A stretch of DNA of 64,000 nt, taken from positions 9,052,001 to 9,116,000 of the forward strand of contig JAQFVV010000008.1 of the NCBI GenBank assembly GCA_028023455.1, read 5' to 3'. The DNA is from Epiperipatus broadwayi (taxonomy: Eukaryota > Animalia > Onychophora). Positions 1 to 12,559 of the stretch are shown here, one piece after another (the first letter of the stretch is position 1; the number at the start of each line of letters is the position of its first letter). The notes beneath the pieces are model-generated. The model had not been told where the DNA came from and made no database searches. It was given only the letters and a program-made list of their open reading frames with translations. Made by a program: the position numbers and the translations under genes.

Positions 1-599
1 TAATTTTAACACTAATATGTAAGGTTTAGAATAAAAAAGTTTGGAAATTTGAAAGAGAAAGCTTAATTATAAAGTGAATAACTTTTTTTGAATATTAGTA
101 AACAAAATTTCACATGCAAAAGAACATTTCCAGTTATCATTTCATAGAACTAGTTTTTTAATGTGATTATTACAATAGGAAAGTGGTAATTACACGAGTT
201 ACTAGACAAATATATGGCTGGACATGCCAGTTATGAAACTAGGCCTATTAATTAGTTTTCTTAACTGTGAATCATGAAAGTAGAATTTGAGTGTCCATAT
301 AATGTTTTGTGTGCGCGTGTCAGGCCCATTGTTATTCTCATGTAAGCCTCAACATTTCAGACTTGTGATAAAACATTCCATAGTTTAGACTGTATTGTCT
401 TCCACTATTATTTAGTGCTCTAATTCATACAGTTCGTGAAGCTAATTATTGTACTGGAACAAGGATGTTAGAAAATGACTTTAAAAAAAATCTGCTATTG
501 TAATCACCTGACCAAAATGTCAAATTAAGGCAATCAAATCTGAAAAAAATGATCATAAAATGTTGGAATAATTACATAATGAAAACAAAAAATTGTAAA

Positions 600-1500
600 A
601 TTCAAAATTTCAGAAACGACTTAACAAAAAGCAAATACACCTGGGTCTCTTTTTACGCGGACTTATTTAACACGATTTTGAAGTTACGCGATTCGTGTTT
701 CACCGGAAGTCGATTTCCGATAATGTGCTATTTTAATTAATAAATTTTGCGCACTTACGTTATATTGAAAGTAATAGCACATTATTGGAAATCGACTTTC
801 ATCTTAGTAATTTCAATATTTTCAGTGCTTTATAATAGTAAGATTTTATGCAATAATGAAATTAAAATCATGATTTCCACATTTTATGTATACACATATT
901 AAATTTTACAAGATTATAATGTAAATTTGTTCAAACATTGTGCATGTTAATTTTGCATTTTAAATCACATTCTGTTTTTGCTTTTTAAAAAAGAACATAG
1001 TCAATTATTATTTTCTTATTAATGACACTAATCATTAACGTGCTGTTAAATTCCAACGAGAGCTAAATGGTTGTATGTCTGGATATCGCGAGCTTCGTAA
1101 ACAATTAATAAAATCATTGTCTCAAAGATTAATTACTAATTACGTTGTCACCAGAAAATCATAATAATTAAAACGTGTATAAAAAAATGTAAATTATTGT
1201 ACTGTAAATTATGCATAAAAATATATTATTTTGAATAAAATTAAATATTATAGTTAAAAAAAGTTTGTCTTGTATCAATTTTTTTCAAATTTGAAATTTT
1301 TTATTAGTCATATTTTATTTCCTTACCTTTTTTTTGCGTGAATTTTAAAGTAATTTTATGTTGGTGCTTTGCTTTTACGCAAATTTTGAAAAATCACAGA
1401 CCGCATCCCCCCTTTTTCAATGTAAGTTACGTCTATTTTTGCACGATTTCGTTTGCGTGTGTTTTCTGAGGAACCTATCTGTCTCGTAAAACGAGACCCA
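600..1500. promoter_or_regulatory. CpG-enriched promoter-like region, probable SLBP 5' end
   Basis: Local excess of CG dinucleotides against a CG-poor background, ETS-like CCGGAAGT at 703-710, and a strong + strand donor (AT|GTAAGT) at 1422. Link to SLBP is inference. Confidence 0.4.
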
Positions 1501-1726
1501 TGTGTATATCTTTTTTTTTTTGTTGCTTCTCGTGCAATTATGCTAATATTTTGTAATCATTTTTTTATATTTGATTGCCATAATAATTTGATAATTTGGT
1601 CATGTGATTATGACAGCAAGATTTTTCTTTTGCTCATTTTCAAATATCCTTGATTTTTTGATCTCAAGATGAGTTTGATTGATCATAGTTTTACAAAATT
1701 TGCATGTTTATTTTTAAATTTTTCAG

Positions 1727-1732
1727 CATGAG
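1727..1732 (+). CDS. SLBP: Candidate SLBP start-codon microexon (C ATG AG)
   Basis: Pyrimidine tract plus TTTCAG acceptor and AG|GTTATG donor (weak). ATG AG joins in phase 2 to the exon at 15860 to give MSSNKYSKR. Confidence 0.3.
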
Positions 1733-4700
1733 GTTATGATCATAATTTGATCTTCTGGTCAAGTGATTTGATCGAGCATAGTTGTACAAAATTGGGATTT
1801 TTTTTTATAAGTGGTCAAAATAATTGTAACATTACCTATCCTCTAGGTTGATTGACTTCTTTTATCATTTGGTTGTGTCATCAGTGGGTTTGGGGCTCTC
1901 TTAGAAACAAAAATGGAGAGTGCACTCAAAATTAGTACCAAATATCTTCTGACTACTATTGAAATGATATACATCTCCATCTTAAATAATTACAACCAGT
2001 TTTGATACAGTACTATGCTCCATAGTAATAGATTTACACATGTTTATTTAAGTTATTTTCTGAAAAGTTAGGGCACAAGAAAAAGAGCAAAGTCTGGATT
2101 TTGCAATTTTTCACATACACACACAAACTCAAGTTTAACATTTGGCTGACTTAATCAAACACTTATTCTAAAGATTTATATGAAGTATTAAAGAAACTTG
2201 GATTTGCCACATCGATTTTTTTTTTTGCCTGAGGTATGTGTGATTGGGGAAGGGAACGCTAAAAATAAAGTTATTGAGCTCTATAAATGAAGTATATTTT
2301 GATTAAATCTTTTGCTCAAAATTGCACTGAAAATACCCAAATAACTATATGTGTATTAATTTTTATCAATAAATCTAGGGAAAAAATGTGATTGATTTCC
2401 AATTTGTTTGAAAATTTAAAAGTTTATTATTTTTTTTTTTTTTTGACTATTATCCATTTGTTGGTTTGTAATGCCAAATTTTATCTACAAATGATATTTA
2501 ATAATATTGTCATAATAAAAGATGTGTTTGTAGTTTTTTGTTGTTGTTTTTTTAACTTTAGAAATTGTGTATATGTGTGTGCTAGCATTAACAGTGTAAT
2601 ATTCTGTTGAGTTTTTAAGAATTTTATTTTTACCATATAGTTTTCTGAAATGTTTCCCTCCAAAAATAGTTTGAGAAAATATTGAACACTCATAGCTTAT
2701 AGTCTAAAAATAAATATCATTAAAATAGTCTTAATTACCTCTTTTCTAGGAACTTCTTTTCTTTTAAAACTAGAATATTTTTCTTCAAGGATAGCCCTAA
2801 TGACTTCAGCATTCCATTTAAAGAATAAACAAGATCCTGCAGTCCATTAACCAGAATTGTTATTTCTTGGCCCCCAAGAGTGTTTGATTGTTTTGTTTGG
2901 CCACTTCTGAATCTGTAGTGCATCCCACCTGTTTCTGGCTGTCTCTAATTTAACCATTTTTATAAATTGATATAATTACTTTTTTATATATATAAAAAAA
3001 CATGAAACCTTATCATTGTTTATTAAAGCTTTACATTGTAATTAATTTTTTCCTCTAACTCAAACAAAAAAAAAAAAACTGCAATAGGATTAGTATAATT
3101 AATTTTGTTGCATTTTTTTTTAACAAAAAACAGGTATTCTGTTAAAAAATTTTAACCCCCTCCCCAATAATTTTGCAGATGTGTACTCTTAATATAAATG
3201 TACTATATTTATCAGTTTTTGTTTTTAAGTTATTTATTAAAAATCATTTGTGCAAATATTTTTACTAAAAAGAAATAAGAGCATTGCTTGAAGGAGAGAG
3301 GGAACTAATTTCACCAAAGGAAAATTGTGTACATCCCAGTATTGTTACTTGCAATTATTTACTATTGCATTAGAACTTTTGTTTAGCAGAATCAGTAATC
3401 TACAAATTCAGTTGGTTCATTTTTAAAAATAAAACTGCTAATAGAATTATATTGTTTTAATTATCTTTCATTATAATTTTTACCAACCTTTTATATATCT
3501 GATATCTAAAAAGTAAATTCAATACCCCCCCCCCCCATTATTGCTTATTTCTCTCAAGAGGAACTTTGAAATGATTACTTTGTTATTCTTACATATTGGA
3601 TACACTATCAAGTTATTTGACCTTCATATAATTATGAAATATTTGCACATTCTTTTTTGTTTATATGCAGTTATGCATAGATTGATATTTCCTCTGTGTA
3701 ATAATAAATGGGTGAATATGCATATCAAATTTGGTTTTATTAAAAGCTTTTAGTTTATATTTGTGTTAAGAGTTTAGTCTTCTGAAATTTCTCTAAATAA
3801 TGTTATGATTTAAGATGTTAAAATTGTTATAATTTGTAGTAAATCCAAAATGAATTTTCTTGTAAGAGTACTAAATGAAATGATTCTTTTTCTATTAATC
3901 AGAAATATTAAATTCTGGATATCATATATCAGTTAAATTGATCCCAAATTAGATTGTCTTATGAATTGAAAAATTTAAGTATGTTAAATAAAAATATGCA
4001 ATATTACTTGGAAGTATTTGATGGATAAATAAAAGCTAGGCTTTTTAAATCTTGGTAGTCAGATGTGTAGATCCAATGATGTATGATTATTCCATATAAA
4101 ATGATACTTTAATAATGATAAAATGATTATGCTTAATCAAACTAATTTTAATAGAGTAATTATGGCCATCATAAGTATAAAATTATCTTAAAAAGCAAAA
4201 ATAAGAAGGAAAACAGAAAAGGTTTGACATGTAAAACTCTAGTGTTTTAGGTACAATTTATTTAATGAAGTAAAATCTTAACTATTTTAATTAAAAATGG
4301 AACTGGTAAATAAATAAATTTTGTCTGAGAATGGTTGAGAAGAGTAGGTCTATCTATTGTTTTACTTTTTAGCAATAATGATAATATTAATATGAGATCA
4401 GTTCTAATTTATGCCAAATGAGTAATTTTGAGTGTATTTGTAAATGAGAAATCGAGTATTGGAAAAATGAATGAAAAATATTTATATAGATAAGGGGAAA
4501 ATATGTGAGTAGAAAATAAGCGTATGTAGTTGACAAATTGTAAATAATAAAAAGTAAAAAATATCTGTTATAAGCAGTTATAAAGTCAAAGGAAAAATTC
4601 ATAGTAACACAAAAACAAGCATAATCATTTATGGCATTTATTATTGCTCTCTTTGAAATTATGGATGATTATGTGAATTGGCCATCCTTGTTAGGCAACC

Positions 4701-5968
4701 ATAAATACATAGATTATCACAACCAAAACTTCAGCGATTTCTAAACTACTCAAAATTGTATCAGCCATCATGATGTGCAAAAAGTGAATTTTTATAGTGT
4801 ATGTCTGCTATTATAGAAGTGACATCCACATTGATTGTACTTGTGTTGAAATTGCTGTTAATACTATTCTATGTTAAGGTCTTAATATTTTGTGATTTAA
4901 TAATATAATTGGAGCTGTGGTCAGAGTGCTCTCCCTATTCATTTTCACAGAGGAAATTCAATTTCTGTTTACTAACACTACTTAGAATTAAATACGAGTA
5001 TATTTAACAAGTTCTATTTATTTATTTCTATAATAAATCTGCCATATTTGCTAATAATGGATGCTATAAATGCTTATCGATTTATATAATGGTTGTATTA
5101 TAACTCTGTAAAATAAATGAGTATTAGAAAAACTATTAAGATATAAAATATAATGAATGAATCACATGATGAGAGAATGGCTTTACTAGTTGCAAATATA
5201 CCACTATATAAATTACTGATGGTTGCTTAGAAAATGTGCTTTAGTAAATTCTTAGTTTTCCCAGTAATTTTATTGTGCAAATATTACCACAACTGGTATA
5301 ATATTAGGTTGGTTTAAAAAATTATTCCAGAAAGCAAAGTACATTGTATGTCTGTAAAACTATTGGAAGATTCCAAAATTCTAATTTTGGATAATTGTTT
5401 CATAGTATATTACCACAAAATATATAATGCTTATTTAACTGCAAGTTAATAAATACTTTCTTTTTTAAAGATCAGTTATTGTAATGCTTTATGAAATAAT
5501 TTAGATGCAGTAAATGCTGGCTCTTCTATAATATTAAATAATTTGCTATGTGAGTTAATGTTTGGAGATAGCATAAGATAGAATCTTTAATATTAAAGTG
5601 TGGATGGCATATGCTATGGACTGTCCTGAGGGGGGGGGGGGGCATGTATGCAAAGAGTGCGATTTGCATTATGGTTTAATGAAAGATTGAAAAATATAAA
5701 TTTATTACTGACAAAAAGTAAATGTATGATTTAATGCAAATAAGATTGCACAAGCTGAGAATAGAATACATTAAGCAATTTCCTTGAATAAATTTTTAAA
5801 GACTTAAAAATGTTTTTTATAAGCACAATAAGTTTAATTTTTGTTTATGCAAATACAGTTTACCATTAATTACTATTGATTTTTAAATCTGGAAAACTCT
5901 GGGACCGAGAAATTGAAGATATCAGATTAACATTATTGCATGTGTATAATTAGAATTTGAGAAACAGA

Positions 5969-6044
5969 TAAGATTTAAAAGTAGCAAATTGTTTATACAG
6001 TAATGCTAAGATTTAAAAGTAGCAAATTGTTTATACAGTAATGC
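5969..6044 (+). repeat. Perfect 38-bp tandem duplication
   Basis: taagatttaaaagtagcaaattgtttatacagtaatgc x2. Confidence 0.9.
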
Positions 6045-6395
6045 CATCCAGTGCACGCTATAGTAATTAATGAATGCTAGGTTTGTGCATAAAATCCCTA
6101 TCTAGTGCCTACTCATCCAATATTGTCAGACTAATTTCTAGCTTGTGACTTTCATCAGTGAGGAGTCTTGGATCTGAGACTACTGCACCTAGCTAGATCT
6201 TAGAATTTAATGCAACTACCTATTTAGTTAACTACAAAGCTATGAGCATAAGATAAAAACCTAATGCTTTCAAGTTAATTTGCGTGTATAGTCATACAGA
6301 TCTAAACCTAGTTCATTATCTATACATTTTGGTGTCAGGTTTTTAAAAACCACAGACACCATCTAAACATCACATGGCCACCATTTCCTATTCTT
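6045..6395 (-). mobile_element. Family B hammerhead-repeat, single degenerate copy
   Basis: Homologous to the 60110-60564 unit. Hammerhead relic at 6123-6164 (minus) with disrupted helix I and III. Confidence 0.75.
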
Positions 6396-8011
6396 ACACT
6401 ACAGAAATATTACTTATTAAGTGGATAAACTCTAGTCTAATGAAGAAATAAAAATTATTAATATACTGCCGTTAAGTGATTTGTGTCAAAGTTGTGTGGA
6501 CAGTAACTGACACATCAATTAAAACTAGTAATTGCTATCTTTATTATAAGTCAGGAAAGAAGTGAAGTCTTACCGTATCTGCCGTACATGGCGCCACCAG
6601 ACTATTTGAACCTGGTAAATTTATATAGTAGGTTATCATGGACGGAACGACGACCAATAGTCCAAAGTTGATGATGCCAGATATAACAGACGGAAACGAT
6701 TACAACTAATCCCAAACATTGCTAACACCAGTACAATGGGCAGAACTCTTCCTCAACAGTCATAAACTAACAAAAACCCCAATGATGGTGCACCAGAGGT
6801 AATGGATGGTCAACTAGCAGACTGCACTACTACGCAGATGTAGCAATATGGTGAGGGGATAAGTTAATATGCTCTAATTTATTACCTCTAATGAAACAAT
6901 CTGCAGAGACCTACCAGTTTTAGAAGGGAAAAAAGTTGCATCCAACTATGTTCAGACTGTGGGTCATCTGATAGAATGCTAATGAGAACCTGATGAAATG
7001 CTTAACCGATGATTGCATACCCTTTAATTGACTAACTCAATCCCTATTTAATAATATTAAATGCAATCTAGGTTAGTTCATCTACTTTCCCCCTTTTTAA
7101 TTTCATTATGCCCTAATATTCAAACCCAGAGAGAATATTGCTTTTGACTCCTTTAGCAGGTATGAACAGATACACACAGCAATACCTGCACCTATATATA
7201 GGTTACAACTAGCATTTATTATATTTGTATGATAAGAAAAATAGATGTGTGTGCATGCATAATTATTTATAAACTGTGGAATGTCAGGACAACTCAATAA
7301 ACCAGAGACCGGAATAAAACAAACTCTTAAACTTTTATTAACAATAATAAATATCAAGTATAACAACAATAGTAATGATAAAAAATATATAATAATCATC
7401 ATATGTACATGTGTCACAAGTGAACCTCTACCATCTTACTAATTAATTATCCTCTAGATCCAACCCTTATACCCCATGGTAGAAATCCACCTATGTCACT
7501 CAAATCATAATTATATAGAAAAATCAACTTGAGTTATTTAATGTAATTGAGATGCTGGCTAGCTAAATTATATATTTACAAATGTTAATCTATTTAACAA
7601 GTTTCCCCAATTTATATATATGATAGAGACAGATACCAGTTGATTAGTCAAACATACTGGAAAATATACGTACACGGTTAATCACAAAATAAAACATTAT
7701 ATGTATTCTGTATAAATGTTGTAATTTACCCTATGAAAATAAATTTAGATAATCTTACCTCAATATTAATATATGCTTTCATTTAATCTCTTCAATGAGG
7801 TTATGATTTCCTACTTGAAGAATCTTGGGCACATTTATTGACACAGTCCGAAAGTAGAACCTTGAATTAACAAATTATTAAGTACAGATGGTTAATGTTG
7901 ACAACAGAATTAATCATTAGTCTGTAAATAAAATAGCAACAACATATTTGAGATATAGGAAAATTAGTGTTAATAAACCTTTTCAAATGGCCAATTTATA
8001 TAAAGTATGTA

Positions 8012-9329
8012 ATAACTGAAACACAGGCTTCATATATACCATGTGTCGATATATGTAATATAGGGTATATGGTATATGAGCACAGACTTTCACATGACCC
8101 ACCACTCTCCACTCTATCTAATAACACTGATACACTCAAGCACATATATGCTGAAAAGATAAATAATCACCAATCATGCTAAACCAGCAATCATCAGTTG
8201 GTCCAGATTATCATCTCTCACACACATATACTATAAGTGCTCAGTAATATATTAAGATAGACAATCTTCATACTTTAATGGACTGGCTCCAATCTACTAA
8301 ACACTCCAACTCTTCAACCGTCCATCCAATTGAAAATCTGATGATGGAATGCTCGAAGGCCACCCTGAGGCCGAGATTCTTGTCACACCCATGTTGACCC
8401 AAGGTCAATCTGAACCCCACATGTACAGGACATAATCCATTAAATACATATGCAAGGATGGGCAGACATCTCTACAATGTAATAACTGAAACACAGGCTT
8501 CATATATACCATGTGTCTATATGTATATGTATATGAGCACAGACTTTCACATGACCCACCACTCTCCACTCTATCTAATAACACTGATACACTCAAGCAC
8601 ATATATGCTGAAAAGATAAATAATCACTAATATACGTATTTCATGTTAAACCAGCAATCATCAATTGGTCCAGATTATCATCTCTCACACACATATACTA
8701 TAAGTGCTCAGAAATATATTAAGATAGACAATCTTCATACTTTAATGGACTGGCTTCAATCTACTAAACACTCCAACTCTTCAACCGTCCATCCAATTGA
8801 AGTGGTGGGTCATGTGAAAGTCTGTGCTCATATACCATATACCCTATATTACATATATCGACACATGGTATATATGAAGCCTGTGTTTAAGTTATTACAT
8901 TGTAGAGATGTCTGCCCATCCTTGCATATGTATTTAATGGATTATGTCTTGTACATGTGGGGTTCAGATTGACCTTGGGTCAACATGGGTGTGACAAGAA
9001 TCTCGGCCTCAGGGTGGCCTTCGAGCATTCCATCATCAGATTTTCAATTGGATGGACGGTTGAAGAGTTGGAGTGTTTAGTAGATTGGAGCCAGTCCATT
9101 AAAGTATGAAGATTGTCTATCTTAATATATTTCTGAGCACTTATAGTATATGTGTGTGAGAGATGATAATCTGGACCAACTGATGATTGCTGGTTTAGCA
9201 TGAAATACGTATATTGGTGATTATTTATCTTTTCAGCATATATGTGCTTGAGTGTATCAGTGTTATTAGATAGAGTGGAGAGTGGTGGGTCATGTGAAAA
9301 TCTGTGCTCATATACCATATACCCTATAT
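8012..9329. mobile_element. Family A hammerhead-repeat array (~480-nt monomer), divergent inverted arms, retrozyme/Penelope-like non-autonomous element
   Basis: About 1.7 units (8012-8800) then about 1.1 inverted units (8801-9329, period 480). TSD tataaagtatgta at 7999-8011 and 9330-9342. Confidence 0.85.
9175..9218 (+). ncRNA. Minimal type I hammerhead ribozyme (family A)
   Basis: ACCAA-CTGATGA-T-TGCT(GGTTT)AGCA-T-GAAA-TACGTAT-A^-TTGGT. Helix I 5/5 paired, palindromic helix III ATACGTAT, predicted cleavage after 9213. Confidence 0.75.
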
Positions 9330-10698
9330 TATAAAGTATGTAGTAACAGTGGCATTATGAATACAGGTAATCCTCCTATAACTCTAGATAAATTTTGAAA
9401 ACTTATTAAAAAGAAATATATTATTTTTAAATCCGTACAAGCAACTTCATTTTTATTAAAAATATTAATATATGTGTATATAACACAAAATGATAAAAAA
9501 CAAACTACAACTTCTTATTTTAATAACGTTAATAATTTTCTTTCTCATAACTGCTTGGTACAAACAAGTGTAAATGTTTTTTTACTTAGTTAGTATCATC
9601 ATTACTTATTGAATTCTTTTCAACATTTGCATCTTCTGCTCTCTTTAAAAAATCTGTAATTTTGATTTGTTTGCTGGTTCTTACAAGATCGTAGATTTCC
9701 TGGTATGGCAATTTTACAACTTCCTTTTGAATTTTCGTCTTCTTTTAGCAGATCGGTCTGCATTCAAGAAAAATGATCCTAGATTTTTTAATTAAGTTTA
9801 GGCTTTCCTATAATTTTTTTAATGTCAATGACATCACAGTATTTATCACTGCTGTTCTCAGAATCAACTTGATTTATGACCTTTGATGTCATTTCCAGCA
9901 AATCGGCTTCTCCAATTTATTCTTCCATTAATATATCTTGAATGTCCTGATAACCAATATCCTTAGAACCATCACCTCCAATCGATTTAGCAAGTTCTAA
10001 TATGCTGCAATTTCCTTTTCTGGCGATTCAACCCGTTTTCTATTACAACTGACAATGATCAAAACTTTTTCCAACATGTGTTTAATGTTAATGTTTTTAG
10101 TTCCTTTAATGATAAGGATATGTTTTCAATACATTGCTTAATTGAAAATTGCTTCCAATCTTCCTTACAATAATTGATCTTTATTTATTTACATCTAAAA
10201 TCCACTGTAATGATCTGATGTAGTAAGTTTTAAAGGTATAAATAATATCTTGATCCCCTGGCTGGAATAACGAAATAGTGTGTGATGTTCAAAACATTTT
10301 TTGGATGTTAGGATGACTCAAATTTTGTTTGTGACCTGGAGCATTATCTAATTAATAGTAACAACCCTGTAGAGTTCAAATTCTTCTTTAAACAATTTTC
10401 AATCTTTGGCACAGAATACTTTAAAAACCATTCTCTGAATAATTCTCCAGTTATCCAAGCTTTTGAATTTGCTTTCCAATATACCAGTAAGATATTTTGA
10501 TTATATCTTTAAGTACATGGGGATTTGAAGATCTATGAACAAACAAGAATTTTGTCATAAAGTCTTTTGATGTATTATTACACAAAAGTAGCATTATATG
10601 ATAAACAGTGAGGATTGCCAATTCCTCTACAAGCTTTATGATAAATGCTTAGCCAGAGCCAGCACTTAAAATATCTCTGTCAGGAACCCCTCCCCAAA

Positions 10699-10739
10699 CC
10701 CCAGACCATGGTTTCGTGCTTTGGCACTCCTCAGAGAGG
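10699..10739 (-). ncRNA. Type I hammerhead ribozyme (family C), one helix I mismatch
   Basis: Reverse complement CCTCT-CTGAGGA-GTGC(CAAA)GCAC-GAAA-CCATGG-TC^-TGGGG. Confidence 0.75.
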
Positions 10740-11133
10740 TGTCAGGGTAGGTTCAGACACTAGATCTAAAAATACCAACCCAAAGCTAAGCACTTAGCTA
10801 AAAGTTATCTATTGAGTGGAAAATCTGAAATTTTCAGACATGTACATGTCTTCAAACCCAGCTATCCAACTCAAATATCTATATGGGGCTGATAGATCTT
10901 CAGCCATGCCATATAGTAGTAGTCATAGCAATATAAAATTGCATAAGACTTTTTGGCAGAGACTATAAATAGTCAAAATAAAAGTCATAGATCAATCCAT
11001 AGATCACATGACCCTATCTCTTAAGCTTGTAAGTTATAAACAGTGAGGATTGCCAATTCCTCTACAAGCTTTATGATAAATGCTTAGCCAGAGCCAGCAC
11101 TTAAAATATCTCTGTCAGGAACCTCTCCCCAAA

Positions 11134-11174
11134 CCCCTGACCATGGTTTCGTGCTTTGGCACTCCTCAGAGAGG
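11134..11174 (-). ncRNA. Type I hammerhead ribozyme (family C)
   Basis: Reverse complement CCTCT-CTGAGGA-GTGC(CAAA)GCAC-GAAA-CCATGG-TC^-AGGGG, 435 nt from the previous copy. Confidence 0.85.
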
Positions 11175-12083
11175 TGTCAGGGTAGGTTCAGACACTAGAT
11201 CTAAAAATACCAACCCAAAGCTAAGCACTTAGCTAAAAGTTATCTATTGAGTGGAAAATCTGAAATTTTCAGACATGTACATGTCTTCAAACCCAGCTAT
11301 CCAACTCAAATAGCTATATGAGGCTGATAGATCTTCAGCCATGCCATATAGTAGTAGTCATAGTAATATAAGAATTGATCTAAGACTTTTATTTTGAGAC
11401 TATTAATAGTCTATAATAAAAGTCTTATGATCAATTTATAGATCACATGACCTACTACTTACTATGTCATAAGCATGAAGATCTGTCAATCCTCTATAAG
11501 ATATTATGAGTTGAATAGCTGAGTTTGAAGACATGTACATGTCTGAAATATCTCTGTCAGGATCCCCTCCCCAAACCCCTACCATGGTTAAGTGCTTTAG
11601 CACTCCTCAGAGAGTTGTCAGGGTAGGTTCAGATACTAGTATCTAAAAATACCCTGACACCCTAGGAGTCCAAGCACTTACCATGAGTCAGGGTCTGTGG
11701 AGGGTTCTGACAGAGAATCTTAAGTGCTCAGACATGCTAAGCATGTCTTCATAAAGCCCGTAGAGCTATCGCAATCTCACTGTTTATAACTTACAAGCTT
11801 AAGAGATAGGGTCATGTGATCTATGGATTGATCTATGACTTTTATTTTGACTATTTATAGTCTCTGCCAAAAAGTCTTATGCAATTTTATATTGCTATGA
11901 CTACTACTATATGGCATGGCTGAAGATCTATCAGCCCCATATAGATATTTGAGTTGGATAGCTGGGTTTGAAGACATGTACATGTCTGAAAATTTCAGAT
12001 TTTCCACTCAATAGATAACTTTTAGCTAAGTGCTTAGCTTTGGGTTGGTATTTTTAGATCTAGTGTCTGAACCTACCCTGACA

Positions 12084-12124
12084 CCTCTCTGAGGAGTGCC
12101 AAAGCACGAAACCATGGTCAGGGG
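12084..12124 (+). ncRNA. Type I hammerhead ribozyme (family C)
   Basis: CCTCT-CTGAGGA-GTGC(CAAA)GCAC-GAAA-CCATGG-TC^-AGGGG. Canonical core, GUC triplet, cleavage after 12119. Confidence 0.85.
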
Positions 12125-12518
12125 TTTGGGGAGGGGTTCCTGACAGAGATATTTTAAGTGCTGGCTCTGGCTAAGCATTTATCATAAAGCTTGTAGAGGA
12201 ATTGGCAATCCTCACTGTTTATAACTTACAAGCTTAAGAGATAGGGTCATGTGATCTATGAATTGATCTATGACTTTTATTTTGACTATTTATAGTCTCT
12301 GCCAAAAAGTCTTATGCAATTTTATATTTCTATGACTACTACTATATGGCATGGCTGAAGATCTATCAGCCCCATATAGCTATTTGAGTTGGATATCTGG
12401 GTTTGAAGACATGTACATGTCTGAAAATTTCAGATTTTCCACTCAATAGATAACTTTTAGCTAAGTGCTTAGCTTTGGGTTGGTATTTTTAGATCTAGTG
12501 TCTGAACCTACACTGACA

Positions 12519-12559
12519 TCTCTCTGAGGAGTGCCAAAGCACGAAACCATGGTCAGGGG
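12519..12559 (+). ncRNA. Type I hammerhead ribozyme (family C)
   Basis: TCTCT-CTGAGGA-GTGC(CAAA)GCAC-GAAA-CCATGG-TC^-AGGGG. Cleavage after 12554, 435 nt from the previous copy. Confidence 0.85.

Noticed and set aside
1481-1497. Hairpin GTCTCGTAAAACGAGAC near the SLBP 5' end, as a possible histone-like stem-loop
   Set aside because: Does not match the histone stem-loop consensus (GGYYYT-TTYH-ARRRCC) on either strand.
2735-2923. 62-aa minus-strand ORF ending at a donor-like site
   Set aside because: No recognisable homology and no partner exons; probably decayed TE.
6561-6625. Minus-strand ATGTACGGCAGATACG|GTAAG (MYGRY, like the ClC-2 N-terminus) and plus-strand TACA-TGGCGCCACCAG (PBS-like)
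   Set aside because: Only five codons match and no other ClC exons were found. The PBS-like string does not fit a tRNA 3' end, and no paired LTRs or intact gag/pol were seen.
8338-8385. Second CTGATGA...GAGA motif in family A, on the opposite strand to the real hammerhead
   Set aside because: No GAAA in any copy and no helix I pairing.
8405-9318. ORF-track ORFs inside hammerhead repeats (also 31033, 33865, 55387, 60156, 61410)
   Set aside because: Frames are not conserved between copies; these are non-coding repeat sequence.
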